Shown piece after piece: positions 20,104 through 29,339 of a DNA stretch of 64,000 nucleotides (within the stretch, counting starts at the first letter, position 1; each line of letters opens with the position of its first letter). Under the pieces are notes generated by a model. It worked only from the letters and a program-made list of their open reading frames with translations. It had not been told where the DNA came from and searched no databases. The translations under genes were made by a program, and so were the position numbers. Origin of the DNA: Gammaproteobacteria bacterium TMED78 (GTDB lineage Bacteria > Pseudomonadota > Gammaproteobacteria > Steroidobacterales > Rariloculaceae); NCBI GenBank assembly GCA_002171615.1, contig NHEF01000010.1:254634-318633 (forward strand), in the 5' to 3' direction.

Positions 20104-21279
20104 CTAAAGAGTTTTATTTTTTAAATATGTCTTAAGGCCTTTATCATAAGCAATAGCAGATCCTTCTATGTCTCCCATTTCTTTTAACATTCTTCCATAA
20201 ATTTTGTAAGCCTCAGCATTACCATCTATATCTAGACTTAGTTCTAAATATTTTTTTGCCTTGCCCCAAAGCTCTAAATAAATACAAAATCTAGCACATG
20301 TCAATAAAATTAAAGCGTTATCAGGCTTCTTGGCTAACCATAGTTCTGACTTTCTTAATTGTTTATCTATGCTAACTGTCCTAATTAAACCATATGAGTA
20401 AATCAAATCATTATTCCAATTTTTTTTCATTGCTTGAGAAATATTTTTTTCTGCTCTAATAGAATTACCAAGCCTGGCTAACAATAATGAATAAGTAGAA
20501 ATTATTTTTGGATCACTTTTAATTGAACTTGCTAAACTATTAAAGACTCTATCTAAAGACTCCAGCTTTATATTTTTTCTATCTCCAAATTTCTTAAGCG
20601 CTCTATTAACTATAATGACTCTCTCCTCCTTATCCATTTGCGCATTAGAAATATCTGGCATTAATTTAATAAGAGAATCCCAGTCACCTAGAGAGTTATA
20701 AGTTTTAGCAAGCAAGCCTAAGGCTAAGGGGTGGTTTATATTATTATTTCTAAATTTTTCTAAAGTTGCTAACGCTCCCTCATAATCTTTATTTGCAAAC
20801 TGAAGTTCTGCTTTAGTTAAAGAAATAGCTGATATAGCTGATGGCAAATTTATATACGCCAGCCTAAACCACTCATCCCTTCTATCTATTAAACCTTGTG
20901 AATTTGCTGCTTTTGCTAATAACATATACTTAATTAAAGATTTATCTTCTGACTGAAGGCTGCTTGATATTAAATTTTCACCCTTAGCCCAATTTCCTTC
21001 ATAAATATTCTTTACGCCTAGATTTAAATTTTTTTTAGATTTTTTATTTTTTGAAATATCCAAACTAAGCATCATTTTTTTTGGAATACTAATAAAATTA
21101 AATAATATCCTTAAAAGGCAATAGGATATTAATAGAAGAATAAAAAAGAAAGGTACGGACATCTCAACAGAGTAACTAAGAAAATGAATAAATACATAGC
21201 CTTTATCTTCAAGAAAAAGATGTGCTATAGATGAACCAACTACCATAGAAAGTATTAAAAACACTCCTATCTTCATCAT
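20104..21279 (-). CDS. hemY: HemY-type TPR membrane protein
   Basis: Two N-terminal TM helices with DKGYVFI, then EGNW, RRDEW and LWGKA. Lies downstream of a hemX-like gene. Confidence 0.82.
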   Translation of the reverse strand: MMKIGVFLILSMVVGSSIAHLFLEDKGYVFIHFLSYSVEMSVPFFFILLLISYCLLRILFNFISIPKKMMLSLDISKNKKSKKNLNLGVKNIYEGNWAKGENLISSSLQSEDKSLIKYMLLAKAANSQGLIDRRDEWFRLAYINLPSAISAISLTKAELQFANKDYEGALATLEKFRNNNINHPLALGLLAKTYNSLGDWDSLIKLMPDISNAQMDKEERVIIVNRALKKFGDRKNIKLESLDRVFNSLASSIKSDPKIISTYSLLLARLGNSIRAEKNISQAMKKNWNNDLIYSYGLIRTVSIDKQLRKSELWLAKKPDNALILLTCARFCIYLELWGKAKKYLELSLDIDGNAEAYKIYGRMLKEMGDIEGSAIAYDKGLKTYLKNKTL

Positions 21280-22382
21280 TTCATAAGCTCCTTTCTAGCA
21301 ATACTAATTAATTGGATAATTGAATTAATATTAGGCTTTTGAACGTTGGTAGGACGATCTGAGAAAATCTTAATATACTCTAAAGTATTTGTAAGCTGTG
21401 AATCATCCACTTTAAAATTTTGCTCTATTAAGCTTTCAACTATCACTAGACTTTGATTAAGCTTAATATATTTATTTAAAGAGAGTGCTACCCTAGCCAA
21501 TGAAATCTCTGTTAATAGTCTAACTTTGATTGTCTCAATATCTGCTATAGATATAGGACTTCTATAAAGCTCATCTGTTTTTTCTATACTTATCATTCTT
21601 AACAATGCTTGCTTAAGAAAGTCTAATCCAGCCGGTATATACCCACTATCGTTATCTGAGTTACTTAAATTAATATTCTCATCAATGATATAACTATGTA
21701 TAGATATTAATTCTGGCACCTTACTAGATAAAAATATAAGGTTAGTGTCTAGAACCTTATAATCTGTAAATGGAGCTGAGCTAATTGTATTAATAGCGTT
21801 ATTAATTTCATCAAGTATTATCTGGCCGTCATATTGAAATATATCAGTGCTAATCTCCTCATACTTTATAGTTGCTATATTCAAAGCATCTATAGCTCTA
21901 TCGACTTCCCCTAATGTTAATAAATAAAAGTCAGCGACCTTTAGATAATATTCTAACTCATAAAGAGACCAAACAAGTCCAGGGATTTCTGATGACATCT
22001 CATATAATTTAAATTCATCTTCTAAATTTATTATTTTTTCTGATGGTTCCAAGAGCCTTTTTTCAAGCATTTGAGTAGCTCCTATTAATGTGAGGTTACT
22101 CTCTTCTATTAGCCTTACTTGGTTCTCAAGGCTAGCAAGGCTAGAACGGTCTTTCAGTCTAGCATCTGAGACTCGACCAATCCTTTGATCTAGGCTTAAA
22201 ATACTACCTTTTAAGGTATCGTTTTCTATATAAATAAAAATAAAAATAGATAAAAAAGTTAGAGAGGCTATTAAAAAAATAAAAATTACTTTTTTGATCG
22301 AGAAAAAATTACTAAAGGGGTAGTTAGAAACCTCGGAAGATCCACTCTTAAACATTTTTTTTGATGAAGATCTCTTATTCAT
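21276..22382 (-). CDS. hemX: HemX-like membrane-anchored coiled-coil protein
   Basis: Single TM helix, coiled coil, W-x-L-x-E-x-EYYL-x2-A and ARVAL. ATGA overlap with hemY. Divergent sequence. Confidence 0.65.
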   Translation of the reverse strand: MNKRSSSKKMFKSGSSEVSNYPFSNFFSIKKVIFIFLIASLTFLSIFIFIYIENDTLKGSILSLDQRIGRVSDARLKDRSSLASLENQVRLIEESNLTLIGATQMLEKRLLEPSEKIINLEDEFKLYEMSSEIPGLVWSLYELEYYLKVADFYLLTLGEVDRAIDALNIATIKYEEISTDIFQYDGQIILDEINNAINTISSAPFTDYKVLDTNLIFLSSKVPELISIHSYIIDENINLSNSDNDSGYIPAGLDFLKQALLRMISIEKTDELYRSPISIADIETIKVRLLTEISLARVALSLNKYIKLNQSLVIVESLIEQNFKVDDSQLTNTLEYIKIFSDRPTNVQKPNINSIIQLISIARKELMK

Positions 22383-22503
22383 AAAGACTTTCTATTGTTT
22401 ATAAAATGTTTTGATACGAAAAAATATAATGAACTTGTATACTTAGTATTATGCTTTATTATCTACAAGGCAATGATTTTTTGATTTTACAAAGGAAAAA
22501 AAT

Positions 22504-22773
22504 ATGTCAAAATTTTTTAATGAAACTAAAATAGAACAATTATCAAAAAAATTAATTAATACTATACCCGATAATTACGACATTCTAAGAGATGAAATAG
22601 AGGAAAATTTTAAATCTTTACTTAGTACAACTTTTTCAAAGATGGACCTAGTAACTAGAGAGGAGTTTGATATTCAAGTTGCTGTACTAGCTCGTACTCG
22701 AAAAAAACTTGAAGACCTTGAAACTATTCTTTCATCTCTTGAAAAAAATGATCCAAAAAAGAATCGAGGGTAA
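22504..22773 (+). CDS. ubiK: Ubiquinone biosynthesis accessory factor UbiK (YqiC/BMFP)
   Basis: Motif KMDLVTREEFDIQVAVLARTRKKLE. Confidence 0.9.
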   Translation: MSKFFNETKIEQLSKKLINTIPDNYDILRDEIEENFKSLLSTTFSKMDLVTREEFDIQVAVLARTRKKLEDLETILSSLEKNDPKKNRG

Positions 22774-22828
22774 GTCTATGATAGCTAGGCTTTTAAAGAT
22801 ATAATTATGATTTTCAGAAGGAGCTAAT

Positions 22829-23323
22829 TTGAAAAGTCTAGAACAGAAGTTTTTTGATGCTTTTATGTTATTAGTTGGTATATGGCTTGGATCTATGATT
22901 AGTATTGCTGTTTTTGCTAACTTCACTTCGCAAGATTATGTTGATGGTGATAATCACTCTAATGCTGAAAGAATTATGCCAATTGGTCAATTTGCTCTTA
23001 TAGGTGATGTTGAAGTAGGCAATATATTAGCATCTCAGCAACAATCATCAATAGAAATAGATAGGCAATTACTATCTGGACCAGAAGTATATGATCTAGC
23101 TTGTTCGCTTTGCCATCAGAGTCCAGGAGTAGCAGGAGCGCCTGTATTTGGAGATATAAGTGCTTGGACACCAAGGATTCAACAAGGCCTGGATACCTTA
23201 GAAAACCATGCGATTAATGGCTATATAGGAGAGGCTGGATATATGCCACCAAAAGGTGGAAGATTAGACCTTTCTAATGATGAAGTAATTGAGGCTATTG
23301 GTTTTATGCTAGAGGCAGTTTAG
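22829..23323 (+). CDS. Membrane-anchored cytochrome c5
   Basis: N-terminal TM helix, ERIMPIG, CSLCH, GAP...W-x2-R and MPPKGG. Confidence 0.9.
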   Translation: MKSLEQKFFDAFMLLVGIWLGSMISIAVFANFTSQDYVDGDNHSNAERIMPIGQFALIGDVEVGNILASQQQSSIEIDRQLLSGPEVYDLACSLCHQSPGVAGAPVFGDISAWTPRIQQGLDTLENHAINGYIGEAGYMPPKGGRLDLSNDEVIEAIGFMLEAV

Positions 23324-23330
23324 CTGAGAA

Positions 23331-24257
23331 ATGTCTCTTAATCGTTCAAATTTTTTTTTAATTTTATTTTTTTACCTATCTCTTTTTTCAAACCTATCTC
23401 TTAGTGATAACCAATTTTTAATTGGAAATCATCTAAATATCCTAGAAGAAATTAGAAAGGCTTCCTACTCAATAAAAGGTGAGAAGCCAACTAGAATAAA
23501 CTATAGCAAATTAGCAGAAAGTCATAGGAGTTATTCTGACATAATTACTGATGGAAGTGATGAAATCTTCATTCAGGCAAGAACTGCTTTCCAAGTAGTC
23601 TATAGCTCGTCAGAAATCATGATAGATAGTGGAATGGATGAAGCTATTCATAATTATTTTGGCTTTGGAAGAATAGAGCCATATTGGCAAAGTAAAAATA
23701 ATGAAATACAGAAAGCATTAAAACAAGCTAGTTTAATTGTAATAACGCATGAGCACGCGGATCATATTGCAGGAGTATTAAATAGCAATATTGCAAATCA
23801 TATCTCAAATAAGACCATATTAACTCAAGCACAAGCAAAAACTTTAATATCAAATCCTCAGATGCCAGAAATTAAGCTAGATCCTGAAGATTTGGATAAA
23901 TATCTTTTGGTTGATTATGATAAATTAATGCCGCTAGCACCTGGGATAGTACTTATTAAATCACCAGGACATACTGATGGACATCAAATGATTTATGTTT
24001 CTCTAGAAAGTGAAAAGGAATACCTATTCATAGGTGATATCGCTTGGTCTATAGAAAATATCAAACAACTTAAGCTAAGGCCAGAAAAAACTAGGCAAAG
24101 GATAAATGAGGATCCAAAATCCTTAATGAATCAAATGGTATGGATAAAAGATTTAATGGATGAACAAAATATCATTATCATACCTTCACATGACAATAAG
24201 CTAATCGAAGAATATGCTATGAAAGGGATAATCTACGAGGGCTTAAAAATAAACTAA
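23331..24257 (+). CDS. Secreted metallo-beta-lactamase-fold hydrolase
   Basis: Signal-like N-terminus. Motifs THEHADH, PGHTDGH, GD and PSHD. Confidence 0.85.
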   Translation: MSLNRSNFFLILFFYLSLFSNLSLSDNQFLIGNHLNILEEIRKASYSIKGEKPTRINYSKLAESHRSYSDIITDGSDEIFIQARTAFQVVYSSSEIMIDSGMDEAIHNYFGFGRIEPYWQSKNNEIQKALKQASLIVITHEHADHIAGVLNSNIANHISNKTILTQAQAKTLISNPQMPEIKLDPEDLDKYLLVDYDKLMPLAPGIVLIKSPGHTDGHQMIYVSLESEKEYLFIGDIAWSIENIKQLKLRPEKTRQRINEDPKSLMNQMVWIKDLMDEQNIIIIPSHDNKLIEEYAMKGIIYEGLKIN

Positions 24258-24262
24258 GCCTA

Positions 24263-24544
24263 TCACTCTGTTCGACTAGTCACCTCAATAAGATGAAAGC
24301 CAAATTGAGTTTTTATAGGTCCCTGAACTTCATTAATACTTGCTGAAAACACTACTTCATCAAACTCTTTAACCATCTGACCTGGGCCAAAAACACCCAA
24401 ATCTCCTCCTTTTTCGCTAGAAGGGCAAGAAGAGAATTCTTTGGCTACTTCGCCAAAGTCTTCACCACTATCAATTCTATTCTTTAGCTCTTCACAAAAA
24501 ACCTCTGCTTCAACTAATATATGCCTGGCGGCTGCTTGTGTCAT
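24263..24544 (-). CDS. ppiC: Parvulin peptidyl-prolyl isomerase
   Basis: Motifs ARHILV, SSCPS-x2-KGGDLG, GQMVKEFD and KTQFGFHLI. 93 aa. Confidence 0.93.
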   Translation of the reverse strand: MTQAAARHILVEAEVFCEELKNRIDSGEDFGEVAKEFSSCPSSEKGGDLGVFGPGQMVKEFDEVVFSASINEVQGPIKTQFGFHLIEVTSRTE

Positions 24545-24579
24545 AACATTATCCTTAAAATACGTAATTTTCTAAATTA

Positions 24580-25608
24580 TTACTTAACTAGCTCTGGGAG
24601 ACCAATAATTCTATCAGATAAATGCCCTAGTGAAATTGCAAAAAAATGAGATCTGTTCCACCTCATAATATCTCTATAGTTATCATAAACTAAGAAGTGG
24701 GGATCATTTTGCTCTCCTGGCGAAATTACTGATCCTTTGATATCTGATTTTGATAATTCGCGCTTATCTATAGTTAATATTCCGAGACTACCCCACTCCT
24801 CAACAGTTTTAGTAATATCTAGACCTATTAAATTCTTATCAAATTCAGGAGGCAGAATAACTTGCCTGCCCCAAATAATTCCTCTGTCCCACCCTTGGCT
24901 AGACATAAAATTTGCTGCTGACTCAAGGGCATCTACTTTATTGCTCCAGATATCCTTTTTTCCATCTCCATCACCATCTTTAGCATAAGAAATAAAAGTT
25001 GATGGCATAAATTGCACTTGACCCATAGCACCTGCCCACGAGCCCTTCATACTCTCCAAAGAAATATGTCCCTCATCTATTATACGCAGAGAATTTATTA
25101 ATTCGGTTCTAAAAAATCTAGATCTCCTTGGGTCATATGCAAGAGTTACTAATGAACCGATTACTGAATTTGAACCCTGAGTAATACCATAATTACTCTC
25201 TATGCCCCAAGCAGCAACTAATATATGAGGTGCAATACCATACCTTGAATAGATATCCTCTAATAGAGTCTTATTCTCCATCATTCTTAATCGTCCTTGG
25301 TCAATCCTATCCTGAGAAACTACTCTATTAACGTAATCCCAAAAATCTAATTTAAACTCTGGCTGATTCCTATCTAACTCCAGTATTCTATCTATTGGCT
25401 CTATATTGTTAAGAGCAATAGAAACTGTCTCTTCCGATACGCCTTCTGAAACTGCCTCTTTACTAAGCTCATTTAGCCAGAAAGAAAAATCAGAATCTTG
25501 TGAGTAAGCGGCTGTTACTAGATTGATAATTATGATAGAAGAAAAAAGAAAGGGCTTAATTAGATAAGACACTAGAAACGACCTAATGCTGGCAATTATA
25601 AGGCTCAA
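24580..25608 (-). CDS. Lytic murein transglycosylase (MltB/SltB family)
   Basis: Motifs DRNQPEF, WGIESNYG, GSWAGAMGQVQFMPS and EF-hand-like DGDGDGKKD. True start may be slightly downstream. Confidence 0.9.
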   Translation of the reverse strand: MSLIIASIRSFLVSYLIKPFLFSSIIIINLVTAAYSQDSDFSFWLNELSKEAVSEGVSEETVSIALNNIEPIDRILELDRNQPEFKLDFWDYVNRVVSQDRIDQGRLRMMENKTLLEDIYSRYGIAPHILVAAWGIESNYGITQGSNSVIGSLVTLAYDPRRSRFFRTELINSLRIIDEGHISLESMKGSWAGAMGQVQFMPSTFISYAKDGDGDGKKDIWSNKVDALESAANFMSSQGWDRGIIWGRQVILPPEFDKNLIGLDITKTVEEWGSLGILTIDKRELSKSDIKGSVISPGEQNDPHFLVYDNYRDIMRWNRSHFFAISLGHLSDRIIGLPELVK

Positions 25609-26635
25609 GCGACCCTCCTACTTTCTGAAAAGACCTTTGCTCACTGTATGTATCTAACCAATATAAAGGGTCTCTATAAATCCAGGAAACACTTAATATA
25701 TTTGAATCTGGATCAAGTGTAATTACCTCAGTGCTTTCTAACTCACTACTATTTGGTAGGCCTGGATGCTGATGAATAACTCCATCGGAATAATCTTTTG
25801 TTCTGACTATTAAAGAGGAGCCGTCATATTCTCCAACTGAATAGCCTAGAGTGCTATTAATATGGTTAGAATTAACTATACCTTCTAAATTAATAACTCT
25901 TTTTGCGTCCATCCATTCATAATTGATAGAAATAGATTTCTCTCCTTGGCTGATTTCTATTGGCTGTCCGTTTCTCCATAACCGGCTTATACTAACAGGG
26001 CTACAATTAAATGCTGGGTCATTCAATATGGGATCATATTCATTTAATGCCTTAATACCTAAACCAGAAAAAAGACCAATCCAGGGATTTGGTTCATTAG
26101 GCCCAGGAGGCCCCCCCATTCCTCCGTATCCAATACCATTCGACTCAAAATTGGAACGTAGCATTATCCAAACTCCGCTTAAGTTAGGTATGCTATTATC
26201 TAGAACAGGCTCAACATTATCATTACTATTATTTTTTTGCTCTTTAGTATTAAAAACATGTCTAGAGCCTATTTTTGTTCCATCACTAAAAACTCCATAA
26301 TCATAAGCACACTCTGTATCACTCCTTATAGCTGCTGAACCAGTAACAATAATCCTCTCTCCTTCAGGTAAAGTATCTTTACTCCAGCCAGATCTTCTTA
26401 AGATATTAGCAGGAGGCAACTCACAGTCCCAAACTTCTATACTGCCTTCTTCATTCACTACATTAATTAAAAGATGTGAATGAGGGTTTATAAAGCGGTA
26501 CTCCTTAATAAGTCCCTCTACCGTAATCTTTTTATCTCTATCAAAATGATAATCAAACGAATGGTGTGAATCTCCAATTGAAGAAAAACATATCAAAAAA
26601 AATATTGGACACCATTGTATGTAAAGGTTATGCAT
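25583..26635 (-). CDS. Secreted DUF6152-like protein (copy 1)
   Basis: Signal peptide, then HHSF...EG...NPH...W-x-CE...GW. C-terminal domain has DP-x3-C-x-P, GYSVG and PYNC. Start placed at ATG 26635. Confidence 0.7.
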   Translation of the reverse strand: MHNLYIQWCPIFFLICFSSIGDSHHSFDYHFDRDKKITVEGLIKEYRFINPHSHLLINVVNEEGSIEVWDCELPPANILRRSGWSKDTLPEGERIIVTGSAAIRSDTECAYDYGVFSDGTKIGSRHVFNTKEQKNNSNDNVEPVLDNSIPNLSGVWIMLRSNFESNGIGYGGMGGPPGPNEPNPWIGLFSGLGIKALNEYDPILNDPAFNCSPVSISRLWRNGQPIEISQGEKSISINYEWMDAKRVINLEGIVNSNHINSTLGYSVGEYDGSSLIVRTKDYSDGVIHQHPGLPNSSELESTEVITLDPDSNILSVSWIYRDPLYWLDTYSEQRSFQKVGGSLEPYNCQH

Positions 26636-26665
26636 AATATTAAAATATCTGATTAGAAGCATATC

Positions 26666-27586
26666 TTAATTAAATAATTTTAAGGCTTCAATTAATAATT
26701 TATCTTTACTAATCTCTTCATCTTTCTCATCTAGTCTATACTGTACTTGAGGGCTCTTCACTCGATAGACTATGTCAGGTCTGACGCCGTTTAAATTTAT
26801 ATTATTTCCTAAAGGAGAAATTAAATAAGCCGTAGTTAAGTAAAGCGCTTCATCGTTAGGTAGTGGGAAAAGTGTCTGGACCGTCCCCTTTCCTAAAGTC
26901 TTATCTCCAAATATCAAAGCTCTCTTGTTTTCTTTTAAAGACACAATCAATACCTCTGCAGCTGATGCAGATCCTAAGTTACTTAAAACAATTAATTTTT
27001 TTCCTTGAATAATATCTCCAAAGCTTGCCCTTGTTTCAGTTCTAGAGTTACTTGTTCTTCCCTTAGTGATGAGGATTAAGCCATCATTCAAAAAAGCATC
27101 TGCTATACTTATTGCTGAAGATATGCTCCCACCGGGATTATTCCTTAGATCAAGAATGTAGCCTTCTATTAAATTATCTGCATCATTATTAATTCTTTTA
27201 ATGTTTTTTTCTACTTCAAAAAGTGTACTATCAGAGAAATAAAATATCCTTAGATAGCCTATACCATCTCCTAGATACTCGCTATATACACTATTATTTT
27301 TTGAGTATTCTGCTAATGCTTTCAAAAAAACTTCATGTTCTTTTGCTGAAAGAAACTTTGAATAGCGATCCAATCCATTAATAATTCCTTTTGAAAAATC
27401 AACATCTATTTCCTCTGCCTTAATATGCAAGAAATATTCTTTTAAAATAGTTGTAATAATATGATTATCAGTAGATATATCTTCCTGTTCTAAAGATAAT
27501 AAATAGGTTAAAAAAATAAAGATAAAAAAAATTGGAATAATTACGAAAAAAGGTCTCTCCTTATAAGATTTAACTATCCTTTTCAT
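26666..27586 (-). CDS. S41A (CtpA-like) C-terminal processing peptidase lacking PDZ
   Basis: Motifs GYLRI, LDLRNNPGG, SASAAE (catalytic Ser), GKGTVQ (catalytic Lys) and GVRPD. N-terminal TM helix. Confidence 0.88.
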   Translation of the reverse strand: MKRIVKSYKERPFFVIIPIFFIFIFLTYLLSLEQEDISTDNHIITTILKEYFLHIKAEEIDVDFSKGIINGLDRYSKFLSAKEHEVFLKALAEYSKNNSVYSEYLGDGIGYLRIFYFSDSTLFEVEKNIKRINNDADNLIEGYILDLRNNPGGSISSAISIADAFLNDGLILITKGRTSNSRTETRASFGDIIQGKKLIVLSNLGSASAAEVLIVSLKENKRALIFGDKTLGKGTVQTLFPLPNDEALYLTTAYLISPLGNNINLNGVRPDIVYRVKSPQVQYRLDEKDEEISKDKLLIEALKLFN

Positions 27587-27659
27587 AAACTCTTTCACAT
27601 AGCATGCTATCGACTGATATAATATTAGTATAAAATCAATACTAAATGAAGGTGGCATA

Positions 27660-28076
27660 ATGGGACAACTATATGAATTTGCTTCAAATCATAGCCTCTT
27701 AGTCTCTGGGCTGATCTGCTCATGGTTTTTAGTGATATTTTATGAATCTAGGCTAAAGAAGCTCTCTTTGACACAAGTTAATTCATCTGATGCCATAAAA
27801 CTAATTAATGATGGTGCAAAATTAATTGATATTAGATCATCTGATAAATTTAAAACAGGCCATATAGTGAATTCTAAAAATTTGCCTCCAGGAAATATAA
27901 ATTCTAAAAAATTAAAAGCTAAAGACAAGGATAAAGTTTTTTTAATTATTTGTGATAATGGAAATGACTCTGGGAAATATGCTAACTCCCTCAAGGAAGA
28001 TGGATTCAATAAAATATTTAGTCTGAAGGGTGGGTTAGACTTATGGCAAAATGACAATCTACCAATAGTAAAGTAA
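27660..28076 (+). CDS. Rhodanese-like protein (YibN-like)
   Basis: TM helix, IDIR, GHIVNS, IICDNG and LKGGL-x2-W. Precedes grxC. Confidence 0.88.
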   Translation: MGQLYEFASNHSLLVSGLICSWFLVIFYESRLKKLSLTQVNSSDAIKLINDGAKLIDIRSSDKFKTGHIVNSKNLPPGNINSKKLKAKDKDKVFLIICDNGNDSGKYANSLKEDGFNKIFSLKGGLDLWQNDNLPIVK

Positions 28077-28080
28077 TCCT

Positions 28081-28335
28081 ATGATTGAAATATATACTAC
28101 TGATATTTGTGGGTACTGTGAGGCAGCAAAAAAACTTCTGCAGAATAAATCATTAAAATATAAAGAGATTAATATGACCAATGATAAGAGCCTTCAATTG
28201 GAAATAATTAATAAAACTGGTTTGAAAACAGTTCCACAAATTTTCATTGATGGAAAGCATATAGGGGGATTTAATGAGCTTAGAAATCTTAGCATTACAG
28301 GAAAGCTTGACTTACTAATAGATAAGGTTAGTTAA
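28081..28335 (+). CDS. grxC: Glutaredoxin 3
   Basis: Motifs CGYC, TVPQIFI and HIGG. Rhodanese-grxC-gpsA context. Confidence 0.9.
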   Translation: MIEIYTTDICGYCEAAKKLLQNKSLKYKEINMTNDKSLQLEIINKTGLKTVPQIFIDGKHIGGFNELRNLSITGKLDLLIDKVS

Positions 28336-28339
28336 AATT

Positions 28340-29338
28340 TTGCAAAGAAATATAGCAATTGTTGGCTCTGGCTCTTGGGGTACCGCCCTTGCAAGTCATT
28401 TTGCTAAATTGGGTCATAATGTCTTAATATGGGGAATAGATGAAAAGGAAATATTAGAAATTAACTCTAATAAATCTAATAAGAAATATTTACCAAGCTA
28501 CCAACTCCCTAAAGGAATAAATGCTTCTTTAGAGCTAGAGCACGTCCTAAAAAATACGACGGAAACAATTGTTGCTGTTCCAAGCCATGCCTTCCGAGAA
28601 ACTCTATCTAGAATATCTAAAAACAAGCATTTAATTAAATCACTTTCATGGGCGACAAAGGGATTTGAAATAGAAACCGGCAAGCTTCTCAATAGTATAG
28701 CCGAGGAAGAGTTAGGAGAAGATATAGTAACAGCGGTTCTCTCAGGGCCTACATTTGCATTAGAAGTTGCAAAAGGATTGCCTTCGGCTATCACCATAGC
28801 ATCTGATGATAGGGCATATTGTAAAAAAATGGCCGAACTTATAACCTCGGAGTCATTTAGGGCCTATACATCGAATGATATTATAGGTGTTGAAGTGGGA
28901 GGATCTGTAAAAAATATATTGGCAATAGCAGCAGGTATCTCGGATGGCCTAGGGTTTGGCGCTAATACTAGAGCGGCCCTAATAACTAGAGGTCTATCTG
29001 AGATAATTAAGCTAGGCACAAAACTAGGAGCAGATAAGGATACCTTTACTGGTTTATCTGGAATAGGTGATTTAATATTAACTTGTAGCGATAACCAATC
29101 TAGAAATAGAAGGTTTGGAATAGAGTTAGCTAAAGGGAAAAACATTAAAGCTGCTCAAAAGGCTATCGGACAAACAATAGAAGGCTGTCTAGCGTCAATA
29201 GCTACCTATAATATTTCCAAAAAACTAAACATAGAGATGCCAATTACTCATGAGGTATATAAAATAATTTATGAGAATGAGACGCCTGAAAATGCTATTA
29301 GGAGACTTATGACAAGACCTATTACATCGGAGAAGTAA
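28340..29338 (+). CDS. gpsA: NAD(P)H-dependent glycerol-3-phosphate dehydrogenase
   Basis: Motifs GSGSWGTALA, TKGFE, LSGPTFA and GDLILTC-x-DNQSRN. Confidence 0.96.
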   Translation: MQRNIAIVGSGSWGTALASHFAKLGHNVLIWGIDEKEILEINSNKSNKKYLPSYQLPKGINASLELEHVLKNTTETIVAVPSHAFRETLSRISKNKHLIKSLSWATKGFEIETGKLLNSIAEEELGEDIVTAVLSGPTFALEVAKGLPSAITIASDDRAYCKKMAELITSESFRAYTSNDIIGVEVGGSVKNILAIAAGISDGLGFGANTRAALITRGLSEIIKLGTKLGADKDTFTGLSGIGDLILTCSDNQSRNRRFGIELAKGKNIKAAQKAIGQTIEGCLASIATYNISKKLNIEMPITHEVYKIIYENETPENAIRRLMTRPITSEK

Positions 29339-29339
29339 A

